Shown here: positions 9,972 through 20,119 of the stretch, piece by piece
Layout of the letters: each line of letters opens with the position of its first letter
How positions within the stretch are numbered: the stretch's first letter is position 1
Assembly (NCBI GenBank): GCA_902797105.1
Contig: CADBRL010000029.1
Span: 1 to 37,246 of the forward strand
Reading direction: 5' to 3'
Origin: an uncultured Erysipelotrichaceae bacterium
GTDB taxonomy: Bacteria; Bacillota_I; Bacilli_A; RF39; UBA660
Length of the DNA stretch: 37,246 bases
Made by a program: the position numbers and the translations under genes
The notes under the pieces: model-generated
Databases searched by the model: none
What the model was told of the DNA's origin: nothing
The model's input: only the letters and a program-made list of their open reading frames with translations

Positions 9972-11060
9972 TTATTCCCCTGCCTTTATATTTACCACTT
10001 TCCACGTATTATTATCTTTTATAAAATATATATAATCATGCATTGTATCTATTTGCTCTTTTCCATTTACTACCATGTGTTTATCAAGATATACTTCACA
10101 AGAAAAGGCATTCTTACTATAAACAGTAAAGTTACTTAACTTTTCATTTGTAAATGGTGGATTTTTTAATGTATGTCTACTTGTAAACATAATATCTATA
10201 TTATGAGCCCAGTTGTAAGCTCTACGATTCATTTCTGTTCCATCTATAAAATATGTTTTAATTGTATTATAACCATGAGATAAACCACTTAAATCATTTG
10301 TTAAAAATAAACTCCATTTGTGAGCAAAATCCCAGATGTCTACTTCACTACTTAGATATTCTTTAGCTTCATCATAAGTATCAAATGATAAATAATTTTT
10401 ATCTGCTTTGTATGCAAATTTATTTTTCTTTAAACTTACATCTTTTCCATACTCATTTGTTACCTTTACATCTACTTCTTTTGTTAAATTATTTACTTCA
10501 TAAGTTACTATATAAGGCATTGAGTCATTTTGATACATATAATCTAAATTTTTATATTCTTCCTTTTTAACTGGATTTTCAGCCTTTTTTCCATCTATAC
10601 TAACTTCATATGTTGATGGCACTGTTATATCATAATAGATTAATCCTCTTTCTAAATGTGGTGTTATATTAGTTATATCTCTAAGTTCATAACTAAACAT
10701 TCCAAGTTTTGTTTCAGTTTTTAAATATTTTGTTTCAACATCAAATAAAACTCTTTCATTTAATTCTACTTCAAAATTATTTTCATCTTTTTTGATAACT
10801 TTGATATCTTTATCATTTATTTGTTTTTTATATTCATCTAAAAGATTTTCATTTTGATTATTATCTTTTAAATAACCTTTTAATGTGTCATCATCTAACT
10901 TAGCTATGGTAGATTTTATAAATGTTGTTGTTTGATTTTTTTCATATGTTTTTAAAGTTACAAATATATAAATTACGAAGACAACACATAAAATTGATGC
11001 AATAATTGTATATATTAATAAACTTTTTTTAAATAATGATTTTCTTCTTGATTTTGCCAT
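9972..11060 (-). CDS. membrane-anchored protein of unknown function
   Basis: 362 aa. One N-terminal TM helix (LLIYTIIASILCVVFVIYIFV), then a large soluble part. No motif I recognise. Wedged with 1-nt gaps between two envelope genes. Confidence 0.55.
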   Translation of the reverse strand: MAKSRRKSLFKKSLLIYTIIASILCVVFVIYIFVTLKTYEKNQTTTFIKSTIAKLDDDTLKGYLKDNNQNENLLDEYKKQINDKDIKVIKKDENNFEVELNERVLFDVETKYLKTETKLGMFSYELRDITNITPHLERGLIYYDITVPSTYEVSIDGKKAENPVKKEEYKNLDYMYQNDSMPYIVTYEVNNLTKEVDVKVTNEYGKDVSLKKNKFAYKADKNYLSFDTYDEAKEYLSSEVDIWDFAHKWSLFLTNDLSGLSHGYNTIKTYFIDGTEMNRRAYNWAHNIDIMFTSRHTLKNPPFTNEKLSNFTVYSKNAFSCEVYLDKHMVVNGKEQIDTMHDYIYFIKDNNTWKVVNIKAGE

Positions 11061-11061
11061 A

Positions 11062-12096
11062 TTAATTATCCTTTACTACGAATGCTGTTGGTAATCTCCA
11101 TGATGAATTTGAATAGTAGAATGTTACACTAGTCATTAAATATTCTTTATTATAATACATTGATGATGAACTTCCGCCATCTAAGTTTGCTGCATTTACA
11201 GCACCATATTCCGCCATTATTTCAATTAAGTCAGATGCTGTTGCACCTAGATGACCATTTTTACCCCTTCCATCTGTTACAAGTATAAGTACACTTCCAT
11301 CTTTTCTTTGACCTATCGCTGTTCTGGGATTTGCACCACTACCCATTCCATTTAATTCTCTTTTTTCACCATTAATTATTAACTTAACAAAGTGATTATT
11401 TTTATCTGATGCTTCTTCTTGGAAAGATATTGCATCTCTGATTTTTTCTTCTTTTAACATTTTTTCAACTGCTGCTTTATTCATACCTTCCAAATTTATA
11501 ATACGAAGAAGATTATTTTCATCAAAACCAATTAGGTATAAACCTGAAAGTCCTAAACTTATATCTTGAACTTCACCATTACTAACAGTTACACCATAAG
11601 GTCTTCCACCTTTATTACCACTTGAATAGTAAATACCCCCATTTACACCAGCAATAGCACCTGCATCATCAACTAATACTCCAAGTTCTTTACCATATTC
11701 GCTCCATGGATATGTTGTTGCTAAACTAATTTTTGATGGGTCATTAACTATCATCATTGTTCCTTCAAAGTTATTACCACTAACTTTTTTTATTTCTATT
11801 AATTCTTTTTCTTTGTTAACTTCAGTATTAATTAAGTCAGTATCCACTTCGGCATCCATATCTTGAAGTGAATTTTTATCTACGATTTCTTGTAATTCTT
11901 CTTTGCTTAAAAAGACATTAGCTAAGAATTTTAATTGTCCAGTTTCAAGAATTGTTGTGGCAAATAATTCTTTTGCACTTTCACTTGGGCCATGACATAT
12001 CAAAGTTATTGTTAAAATTAATGCTACTAAAATCATACCCACCGTTACTCCCAAAAATGCTGCTATTTTACCTGTTACACTCAATGCTTTTTTCAT
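11062..12096 (-). CDS. phosphodiester glycosidase family protein (NAGPA / DUF2233-like)
   Basis: 344 aa. N-terminal anchor. ARTAIGQRKDGSVLILVTDGR and NLDGGSSSSM are typical of this family. Confidence 0.7.
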   Translation of the reverse strand: MKKALSVTGKIAAFLGVTVGMILVALILTITLICHGPSESAKELFATTILETGQLKFLANVFLSKEELQEIVDKNSLQDMDAEVDTDLINTEVNKEKELIEIKKVSGNNFEGTMMIVNDPSKISLATTYPWSEYGKELGVLVDDAGAIAGVNGGIYYSSGNKGGRPYGVTVSNGEVQDISLGLSGLYLIGFDENNLLRIINLEGMNKAAVEKMLKEEKIRDAISFQEEASDKNNHFVKLIINGEKRELNGMGSGANPRTAIGQRKDGSVLILVTDGRGKNGHLGATASDLIEIMAEYGAVNAANLDGGSSSSMYYNKEYLMTSVTFYYSNSSWRLPTAFVVKDN

Positions 12097-12190
12097 AATT
12101 TACTTCTTACTCCTTAATATTTTCTTATGTATTAATAATATCATAAAACACTTAAATAATAAAGCATTTTTGCATAGAAAAAGAAGAAAC

Positions 12191-13744
12191 TTATTTAGCC
12201 TCTTCTTGTACTCTTGTTTCTCTAATAACAGTTATCTTTATTGTACCAGGATATTGCATTTCATTTTCAATTTTTTCTTTAATATCCCTTGCCATTTTAT
12301 AACTTTTAGCATCATCAACTTCTTGAGGTTTTACAATAACACGTAGTTCTCTTCCAGCTTGCATTGCAAATGTCTTTTCAACACCTTCATAAGAGTTTCC
12401 AATTTCTTCAAGTTGTTCAAGTCGTTTAATGTAATTTTCTAATGAATCATTTCTAGCACCAGGTCTTGCTGCTGATAGTGTATCTGCAATTGCCACTAAA
12501 ACGGCAATTGTTGATTTAGCTTCAGTATCACCATGATGTGAAGCAATAGCGTCTAGTACAACTTCTGGTTCATGATGTCTTTTAGCAAACTCAAGACCAA
12601 TTTCCACATGGCTTCCTTCAACTTCAAAGTCAATAGCTTTACCTATGTCATGTAAAAGTCCTGCTCTTTTGGCAAGAGTTACATTCTCACCAAGTTCTGA
12701 TGCCATAAGTCCGCAAAGGTTTGCAACCTCAATTGAATGTTTTAAAGCATTTTGCCCATAACTTGTTCTAAAATTTAATTTACCTATTAATGTAACAAGT
12801 TCAGGATCCATTTTTGTAATTCCTAAATCATTAATTGTTTGATTACCAATTTGAATTATTCTAGCATTTACATCTTTAACTGTTTTGTCATATACTTCTT
12901 CAATACGTCCTGGATGTATTCTACCATCCTTAATTAAAGTTTCAATTGTAATTCTAGCTATTTCTCTTCGAAGTGGGTCAAATGATGATAAACTAATAGC
13001 TTCTGGCGTATCATCAATTATTAAATCAACACCTGTTACAGATTCAATTGTTCTAATATTTCTTCCTTCACGTCCAATTAATCTTCCCTTCATATCATCA
13101 TTTGGCAAATCAATTGTACTTACTGTTTGATTACCAACAACATCATCAGCATATCTTTCCATACTACTAACAATTAATTGTTTAGCAATTTCATGAGCTT
13201 CTAACTTAGCTTTTGCTTCTTCTTCTTTGATATAATTAGTAATTTCTAATTCCATATCATTTTCTACACGTTCCATAATTACTTTACGTGCTTTTTCTTT
13301 GCTATATCCAGCAATTTTTTCAAGTTGCGCTATTTCTTCTTTCATTAGCGCATCCATTTTGTCCTCTTTTTCTTGTAATTTTTTTTGTTTTGCTAATAAA
13401 TCATTTTCTTTTTCTTGCAGAGAATTATCTCTGTTTTGAAGCATTTCTTCTCTTTTATCAAGATTATTTTCTCTTGTTAAAAGACGGTCTTCAGATTGTA
13501 AAATTTCTGCTTTTCTTTGTTTTATTTCTGCATCTGTTTCTTGTTTAAGACGATATGATTCTTGCTTTAATTCAAGTAAAGCATCTCTCTTGTTTTTTTC
13601 TGCTTCTTTCTTAGCACCTTCGATTATATTATTAGCATTTTTCATAGTTCTTGAAGCTTTATTCGAAAGAATAAAATAAAGTACTCCACAACCAATAAGA
13701 ATTCCAACAATAAGGGATAAAATGGCGAATAATAAATTATCCAT
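12191..13744 (-). CDS. rny: ribonuclease Y
   Basis: 517 aa. N-terminal TM helix, long coiled coil, KH domain ([11 protein letters not shown]), HD domain (LLHDIGKA). Confidence 0.95.
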   Translation of the reverse strand: MDNLLFAILSLIVGILIGCGVLYFILSNKASRTMKNANNIIEGAKKEAEKNKRDALLELKQESYRLKQETDAEIKQRKAEILQSEDRLLTRENNLDKREEMLQNRDNSLQEKENDLLAKQKKLQEKEDKMDALMKEEIAQLEKIAGYSKEKARKVIMERVENDMELEITNYIKEEEAKAKLEAHEIAKQLIVSSMERYADDVVGNQTVSTIDLPNDDMKGRLIGREGRNIRTIESVTGVDLIIDDTPEAISLSSFDPLRREIARITIETLIKDGRIHPGRIEEVYDKTVKDVNARIIQIGNQTINDLGITKMDPELVTLIGKLNFRTSYGQNALKHSIEVANLCGLMASELGENVTLAKRAGLLHDIGKAIDFEVEGSHVEIGLEFAKRHHEPEVVLDAIASHHGDTEAKSTIAVLVAIADTLSAARPGARNDSLENYIKRLEQLEEIGNSYEGVEKTFAMQAGRELRVIVKPQEVDDAKSYKMARDIKEKIENEMQYPGTIKITVIRETRVQEEAK

Positions 13745-13850
13745 TTCAATCCTCCGTTTTTCTATAGAATATATTTTTAAATTTATATCTCTATAAATCT
13801 ATTATAAAGGTAATTTAATAAATAATCAAGAGCAAATTGATTAAACACAC

Positions 13851-14264
13851 TTATCTTTTTCTAACAATTTCACTTGGTATTTTAAGCATTATTTTTCCTT
13901 CTTTTATTAATAATAAACAAAGTAATTGATTGGATAAATTAATTAATTTTTTGCATTCATTATTTATTTCTTCTAAACTATGTTTATCATTTATTTTTTG
14001 ACTTTTTAAAGATAAACTAATAACTTCTGAATTAATTAAATTTCGTTTTTTTAATATTGCTTCAAATGATTTATTAATAAATTCATCATAATCTAACACA
14101 AAGCTAGCTTCTTTTACTTTATTTTTAATTTCATCACCTTCTATTTCAACAAAATCTATACCTAAAGTAACATCTATATAATAACTAACATCAAATGGTT
14201 TACCAAATATTAAACCTAAATCTCTTTTCTGTACACATACCTTATTATCTCTTATAATTTTCAA
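13851..14264 (-). CDS. hypothetical protein (TTG start)
   Basis: 137 aa ORF with AAGGGTGA SD 5-6 nt before the TTG. No recognisable motif and no CxxxCxxC cluster, so it is not NrdG. Confidence 0.45.
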   Translation of the reverse strand: MKIIRDNKVCVQKRDLGLIFGKPFDVSYYIDVTLGIDFVEIEGDEIKNKVKEASFVLDYDEFINKSFEAILKKRNLINSEVISLSLKSQKINDKHSLEEINNECKKLINLSNQLLCLLLIKEGKIMLKIPSEIVRKR

Positions 14265-14331
14265 CTAAATCACCCTTGTAAACAACTATTATACCTTGAT
14301 TATATGAAAAAAGCTAGCTTTTTAGCTAACT

Positions 14332-14514
14332 TTATTTACTACAAGAGCAAGTTTTAAAAGTATGTTTTACTCTATCATGTTCTTCGGCTTTTTTACCATT
14401 ATTGAAACGTTCTACTGTACCTACTAAATATCCTGTAATTCTTCTAATTCTTTCGAATTCTACTCCTTCGCCTGTTACTTTTTTTGATTTTACTTCTTCT
14501 TCAATTTTTTCCAT
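14332..14514 (-). CDS. stand-alone glycyl-radical module of class III ribonucleotide reductase
   Basis: 60 aa. RIRRITGYLVGTVERFNNGKKAEEHDRVKH matches my recollection of the NrdD C-terminal glycyl-radical signature (RRTCGYLG ... N.GK..E...RVKH in E. coli). Own AAGGAGA SD 6 nt before the ATG. Reading frame differs from the large ORF. Confidence 0.75.
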   Translation of the reverse strand: MEKIEEEVKSKKVTGEGVEFERIRRITGYLVGTVERFNNGKKAEEHDRVKHTFKTCSCSK

Positions 14515-14525
14515 ACTACTTCTCC

Positions 14526-16844
14526 TTATTCCTTTCCTTCTAATCTTTTTAGTAAATCAACACTAACTGGTTCACCAGTTTTTCTACCGCATCTTGGACA
14601 AACATCTTTAATAATTCCAACATATCCACAAACTGGATCTCTATCTACCGGATGGTTTATTGCACCATATCCAATATCACTTTCCTTCATTATTCTAACT
14701 ACACTTTCAAATGCTTCTAAGTTATCTGATGGGTCACCATCAAGTTCAATATAACTAATATGTCCAGCATTCGTAAACTTATGATATGCTCCTTCAAGTC
14801 TTAGTTTATCTGCAATTGATATATTGTAATAAACTGGAACATGGAATGAATTTGTATAATATGCTCTATCTGTTACTCCTTTAATTTTACCATAAATATC
14901 TCTATCAATATTTACAAATCTTCCAGACAATCCTTCAGCTGGTGTTGCTAATAACGTAAAATTCAAATTATACTTTTCACTATATTCGTCACATTTTGCT
15001 CTCATATGACCAATAATTTCTATTCCAAGTTTTTGTGATTCTTCAGATTCACCATGATGTTTTAATGTTAAAGCCTTTAAACATTCTGCAAGACCAATAA
15101 ACCCAATTGAAAGTGTACCATGCTTTAATACTTTCTTTAATTTATCATTTGGTTTTAACTTATCACTATCAAGCCAAACTCCTTGACCCATTAAAAATGG
15201 AAAATTATATACTCTTTTATTACATTGAATTTCATATCTTTCAAGTAATTGATCTTTTACAAGTTCCATTAATTCATCAAGTTCTTCATAAAAGCCTTCC
15301 ATATCAGCTTTATCCAAAGCATCTTTACCAACAACACCATGTTTAATACCAATTCTTGGAAGATTAATTGATGTAAATGAAAGATTTCCTCTACCTGGTG
15401 TAATTTGTTTATCAGGGTCAACCACATTACCTATAACTCTTGTACGGCATCCCATATAACCTACTTCAGTTCTATAATCTCCCTCTTTATAATAAGGTTT
15501 ATTAAATGAGCTGTCTAAGAAAGACCAATTTGGAAATAATCTCTTGGCAGAAACTCTTAAACTTAATTTAAATAAATCATAGTTAGGGTCTTCAGGATTA
15601 TAGTTAACACCTTCTTTTACTTTAAATATTGAAATTGGAAATATCGGTGTTTCACCATGTCCAAGTCCTGCTTCACTAGCAAGCATATAGTTTTTAGTAA
15701 CCATTCTACCTTCACTAGATGTATCTGTACCAAAGTTAATTGATGAAAATGGCACTTGAGCTCCAGCTCTTGAATGCATTGTATTTAAATTATGAACAAA
15801 AGCTTCCATTGCTTGATATGTTCTCTTTTCAGTTTTTTCCAAAGATTTCTTTAATGCTAAATCAAACATTCTTTTCATTAATTTTGAATCTTTATAATAT
15901 TTTTCAAAATAATCAACAGTTATATCTATTGTACTAATTTTAGCAATATCTTTTTCAATACTATTCATATTGATAAAATCATTCAAATCTTCTAAATCAA
16001 CATAATCCTTAATAGATGTTTTAACCATTTTTTTAAATGTTTTTAAAACACCTGGTGCTAAATAATAATCAAATGCCGGAATACTTTGTCCACCATGTTG
16101 ATCATTTTGATTAGATTGAACAGCTATCGCAGCAAGTGCAGAATAACTCATAATATCATTTGGTTCTCTTAAATGGCCATGACCAGTTGAAAATCCATTT
16201 TTAAATAATTTATCTAAATCAATTTGCATACATGTTGTTGTACCCATTGCTTCAAAATCCATATCATGAATATGAATATATCCTTCATCATGAGCATCCG
16301 CAAATTTTTTCTTCATTAAATATGATTTAGCAAATTCTCTAGAAACATTTGACCCAAATTGAAGCATTGTTCCCATCGCTGAGTTTCCATCTATGTTTCC
16401 ATTTTCTCTTTTGGCATCATCTTCTGCAGCACTTTTAAGAGCTAAACCTTCCAAAGTCTTTAAAAACTTATGACTTCTTTTATCATCTGTAAATGCTTCT
16501 CTTGCTTTAGTTCTATTTTCTCTATAATTAGCAAAATTTTCATAAACATCATCATATTTATCTTTTTTCAAAGTATCTTCGATTATATCTTGAATATCTT
16601 CAATCTTAATACTTGCTTTATCACTATAATCTTTTTCAATTCTTTTAATTACGTGACCATATACTTTTTGGATATCACTTGATGAATATTTTAAAATTTC
16701 ATCATCATCCTCGTTTGTAACTTTAATACTATCAAAGCCCTTTTTAATTGCCATGGCTATCTTAGTTCCATTAAAACTTACTTTAGAACCATTCCTTTTA
16801 ACCACTTTAATTGTTTCAAAAAATTCTTCTTCCTTATTTGGCAT
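14526..16844 (-). CDS. nrdD: anaerobic ribonucleoside-triphosphate reductase, large part (lacks the glycyl-radical segment)
   Basis: 772 aa. N-terminal ATP-cone (IKVVKRNGSKVSFNGTKI), class III RNR core. Ends just after the Zn-ribbon VCGYVGIIKDVCPRCG. Confidence 0.93.
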   Translation of the reverse strand: MPNKEEEFFETIKVVKRNGSKVSFNGTKIAMAIKKGFDSIKVTNEDDDEILKYSSSDIQKVYGHVIKRIEKDYSDKASIKIEDIQDIIEDTLKKDKYDDVYENFANYRENRTKAREAFTDDKRSHKFLKTLEGLALKSAAEDDAKRENGNIDGNSAMGTMLQFGSNVSREFAKSYLMKKKFADAHDEGYIHIHDMDFEAMGTTTCMQIDLDKLFKNGFSTGHGHLREPNDIMSYSALAAIAVQSNQNDQHGGQSIPAFDYYLAPGVLKTFKKMVKTSIKDYVDLEDLNDFINMNSIEKDIAKISTIDITVDYFEKYYKDSKLMKRMFDLALKKSLEKTEKRTYQAMEAFVHNLNTMHSRAGAQVPFSSINFGTDTSSEGRMVTKNYMLASEAGLGHGETPIFPISIFKVKEGVNYNPEDPNYDLFKLSLRVSAKRLFPNWSFLDSSFNKPYYKEGDYRTEVGYMGCRTRVIGNVVDPDKQITPGRGNLSFTSINLPRIGIKHGVVGKDALDKADMEGFYEELDELMELVKDQLLERYEIQCNKRVYNFPFLMGQGVWLDSDKLKPNDKLKKVLKHGTLSIGFIGLAECLKALTLKHHGESEESQKLGIEIIGHMRAKCDEYSEKYNLNFTLLATPAEGLSGRFVNIDRDIYGKIKGVTDRAYYTNSFHVPVYYNISIADKLRLEGAYHKFTNAGHISYIELDGDPSDNLEAFESVVRIMKESDIGYGAINHPVDRDPVCGYVGIIKDVCPRCGRKTGEPVSVDLLKRLEGKE

Positions 16845-16872
16845 TCTACTACTACCTTCCCTTCACAATTTC

Positions 16873-16901
16873 ATTATAGTATACTTCAAGATAATTGTCC
16901 A
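16873..16901 (-). promoter_or_regulatory. nrdD promoter
   Basis: Minus strand has TGGACA (16896-16901), 17-nt spacer, TATAAT (16873-16878). Short leader to the GGAAGG SD. Confidence 0.45.
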
Positions 16902-16922
16902 TCAATTTTTAGCTTTTTTATT

Positions 16923-16940
16923 TTTTGAAAATTTTCAAAA
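16923..16940. promoter_or_regulatory. perfect 18-bp palindrome, CRP/FNR-box-like
   Basis: ttttgaaaattttcaaaa is its own reverse complement. The core TTGAA-N4-TTCAA resembles TTGAT-N4-ATCAA. Its centre is about 33 bp upstream of the -35 centre of the nrdD promoter. Confidence 0.3.
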
Positions 16941-17161
16941 CATCATTTTTATCCTTATTTTTCGTTGTTCGTATTTTTAAACAATATTACGCAATCCCTT
17001 ATAATTTCTAATAAAAACCCACATTCTTAAAAAAATTATATTTTTTGACATTTCTTTACTTTTCGTATTTTTTATTTTTCATGAAATTGACATATCAAAA
17101 ATTTACACATTAAAAATCTTAAAAATAAATAACTAAAATTTACCAATTTTCACTCTTTTAC

Positions 17162-17189
17162 TTGCGCATTTTCTTTTATTTGCTATAAT
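17162..17189 (+). promoter_or_regulatory. murC promoter
   Basis: TTGCGC (17162-17167), 16-nt spacer, TGC-TATAAT (17184-17189). Confidence 0.5.
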
Positions 17190-17213
17190 ATGATTATGTA
17201 AGGACGTGATTTT

Positions 17214-18572
17214 ATGTTTAACAATAAAAAAATACATTTAATAGGTATCGGAGGCATCAGCATGAGTAGTATTGCTTTAATGCTTAAAAATATGAATGCT
17301 TTGGTTACTGGTAGCGATTTAACTGAAACAGACATTACTAAAAATTTAAACAAATGTGGAATTAAAGTTTTATACGGGCATCATCCCGAATTAGTTAAAG
17401 ATGCAGATATAATAGTTTATACAGCAGCCATTCATGAAGATGACCCAGAAAGAAAAGAAGCTAAAAATTTAAACAAACCAAACTTTGAACGAGCAGAATT
17501 TCTTGGCATGCTTATGAAAAAATTCAAAAATTCTTTATGTGTATCAGGAACTCATGGTAAAAGTACCACAACTGGAATGCTTAGTTTAATTTTTTTGGAA
17601 GCTGGTCTTAATCCCACAATCCAAGTCGGAGCTATAATGCCTGAAATAAATGGCAACACTCACCTTGGTAGTCACGATTATTTTGTTATGGAAGCTTGTG
17701 AATATGTTGATTCATTTTTACATTTTCATCCAACTAGTGCTATCATAACTAATATTGATAATGATCATCTTGATTATTTTAAAAATTTAGACAATATCAA
17801 AAAATCATTTTATAAATATGTTAGTTTACTTCCAGATAATGGTTATCTTGTAAAGAATAATGATGATGAAAACTCTAATGAATTAGATAAATACACTAAA
17901 GCTAAAGTAATTACCTATGGAATAAATAAAAAATCAAATTATAAGGCTAAAAATATTACATGTAATTCTCTAGGTCATTATTCTTATGATTTATACAAAG
18001 ACGATAATTTCTTACTAACTATTAATTTAAATATTAATGGATATCATAATATATATAATTCTCTAGCAGCTTTTGCACTTGCTCATGAATATATTTTAGA
18101 TGTAAATGTAATTAAAAATGCTATAGAAAAATATCATGGTGTTGGTCGAAGATTTGAATATCTTGGAAAATATAATGGCGCATACATTTATGATGATTAT
18201 GCCCACCACCCATCTGAAATTAAAACAACACTCGAAAGTGTTAAAAGTGTAAAACACAAATCTTCTTGGGCAGTATTTCAATCACATACCTATTCAAGAA
18301 CAAAAGAACACTTAGATGCTTTTGCAAATGTTCTAGCAAATTTTGACCATGTAATTATTGCCAAAATATATCCAGCTAGAGAAATTAATACTTTCAACAT
18401 TTCCGAAGAAATGTTAGTGGATAAAATAAAGGATAAAAATCCAAATGTTATTTATATAGATGACTTTGATAAAATTATAAAATATTTAAAAGAAAATGTT
18501 AAAGAAGAAGATTTAGTAATAACAATCGGAGCTGGTCCAATAAACTATGTATCAAAAAAACTTGTAGATTAA
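17214..18572 (+). CDS. murC: UDP-N-acetylmuramate--L-alanine ligase
   Basis: 452 aa. GIGGISMS N-terminal Rossmann region, GTHGKSTTT P-loop, Mur ligase middle and C-terminal domains. Confidence 0.93.
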   Translation: MFNNKKIHLIGIGGISMSSIALMLKNMNALVTGSDLTETDITKNLNKCGIKVLYGHHPELVKDADIIVYTAAIHEDDPERKEAKNLNKPNFERAEFLGMLMKKFKNSLCVSGTHGKSTTTGMLSLIFLEAGLNPTIQVGAIMPEINGNTHLGSHDYFVMEACEYVDSFLHFHPTSAIITNIDNDHLDYFKNLDNIKKSFYKYVSLLPDNGYLVKNNDDENSNELDKYTKAKVITYGINKKSNYKAKNITCNSLGHYSYDLYKDDNFLLTINLNINGYHNIYNSLAAFALAHEYILDVNVIKNAIEKYHGVGRRFEYLGKYNGAYIYDDYAHHPSEIKTTLESVKSVKHKSSWAVFQSHTYSRTKEHLDAFANVLANFDHVIIAKIYPAREINTFNISEEMLVDKIKDKNPNVIYIDDFDKIIKYLKENVKEEDLVITIGAGPINYVSKKLVD

Positions 18573-18576
18573 CTTT

Positions 18577-19560
18577 CTACAAGTTTTTTATTTGATTTCT
18601 ATAATTTTCTAAAATATTTATTATTTCTTCTCTACTTTTTCCTTTACATACTAAGTTTTTAATATTGCTTGCATCAGGCATACCTTTTAAATAGTTAAGT
18701 AGATGCATGCGCATTTCAAGTACAGCTTGTCTTTCACTTTTATCTTCACATAATTTATCTAAATGATACTCCATCATATCAAGTTTTTCATCATAACTTA
18801 TTTTTACTGGTTCTAATCCATTTTCTAAATAATTCTTGCATTCTTTAATAAGCCAAGGATTACCAAGAAGACCTCTGCCAATCATAACTGCAGCACATCC
18901 TGTTTCATCAAGCATCCTTTTAGCATCATAACATGAAAGTACATCTCCATTACCAATCACAGGAATTGATACACTTTGAACAACTTCTTTAATTACATTC
19001 CAATCTGCTTTACCAGAGTAGCCTTGAGCTCTTGTTCTAGCATGCACAGTTATAGCACTAGCTCCGCTTTCTTCACATATTTTAGCTATTTCCACAGCAT
19101 TAATACTATTTGCATCCCAACCACTTCTTATTTTAACAGTAATTGGTACATTTACAGTATTTACAACAGCTTTAACTATTTCTCCGACCTTCTCAGGATT
19201 TTTTAAAAGTGCACTTCCCGCTTGATTTTTTATTGCCACTTTAGGTACAGGACATCCCATATTTATGTCAATGATATCTGGATGCATTTTTTCTTCTACA
19301 ATTTTAGCTGCTTCCACAAAAGAATTTATATCACTTCCAAATATTTGTTGACTAATTGGTCTTTCATCATCATTCATTTTAAGAAGTTCAAAAGTCTTTT
19401 CATTTCCATAAGTTATAGCCTTATCACTTACCATTTCTGCAACAACAAATGATGCTCCCATAGTCTTACAAATTCTTCTAAAAGTCATGTTGCTTATACC
19501 GGCCATTGGTGCTACAACAATTTGTCCATTAATTTTAACATTTCCAATATAAAAACTCAT
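18577..19560 (-). CDS. dusB: tRNA-dihydrouridine synthase
   Basis: 327 aa. Dus family TIM barrel (VAPMAGISN, DINMGCPV, TVHARTRAQ). 4-nt overlap with pduL. Confidence 0.9.
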   Translation of the reverse strand: MSFYIGNVKINGQIVVAPMAGISNMTFRRICKTMGASFVVAEMVSDKAITYGNEKTFELLKMNDDERPISQQIFGSDINSFVEAAKIVEEKMHPDIIDINMGCPVPKVAIKNQAGSALLKNPEKVGEIVKAVVNTVNVPITVKIRSGWDANSINAVEIAKICEESGASAITVHARTRAQGYSGKADWNVIKEVVQSVSIPVIGNGDVLSCYDAKRMLDETGCAAVMIGRGLLGNPWLIKECKNYLENGLEPVKISYDEKLDMMEYHLDKLCEDKSERQAVLEMRMHLLNYLKGMPDASNIKNLVCKGKSREEIINILENYRNQIKNL

Positions 19561-20117
19561 TTTTTCAAAACTCCAATATCCCCCGGTGTAATTAAAAATG
19601 CATTAGCATCATCAGTATCTAAATGAGCTTCATAAAAACCATCATTACTAACTTTAGCATGAACTTCCACTTCACCTGGTTTTATTCCTCCAATTTCAAG
19701 TTTTAAAAGTTCTTCATCCTCTACTCCATATTTTAAAGCATCTGATGGACTAAAATGCACATGTCTTTCAGCAATTATTGCAAAATTTCCCATAACAGAA
19801 CCTTTATCTGTTTCAATAGTAATCATCTCTGCTCCATCTAAATTTCCACTTTTTCTAACCGGAGGTTTAATTTCTAGCATTCTTGCATCACACGCAGATA
19901 TTTCTACTTGATTATATTTTCTTTCTGGTCCAATAACTCTAACATTTTCTATTTTTTTATCACCATTTTTAATTGTAACAACTTCTTCAGCAGCATATTG
20001 ACCAACTTGATTAAGCATTCTTTTCACATGTAATGAATGTCCAAATAATTTATGTATATTTTTTTTAGTTAAATGTACATGTCTTGCACTAATATTTATT
20101 GATACTTTTTCTTCCAT
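19557..20117 (-). CDS. pduL: PduL-type phosphate acyltransferase
   Basis: 186 aa. The two PduL repeats carry SARHVHL and AERHVHFS. Confidence 0.85.
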   Translation of the reverse strand: MEEKVSINISARHVHLTKKNIHKLFGHSLHVKRMLNQVGQYAAEEVVTIKNGDKKIENVRVIGPERKYNQVEISACDARMLEIKPPVRKSGNLDGAEMITIETDKGSVMGNFAIIAERHVHFSPSDALKYGVEDEELLKLEIGGIKPGEVEVHAKVSNDGFYEAHLDTDDANAFLITPGDIGVLKK

Positions 20118-20119
20118 TT

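Noticed and set aside
13851-14264. The 137-aa ORF after the NrdD genes might be the activase NrdG.
   Set aside because: It has no CxxxCxxC radical-SAM cluster or any other NrdG motif. nrdG must lie elsewhere.
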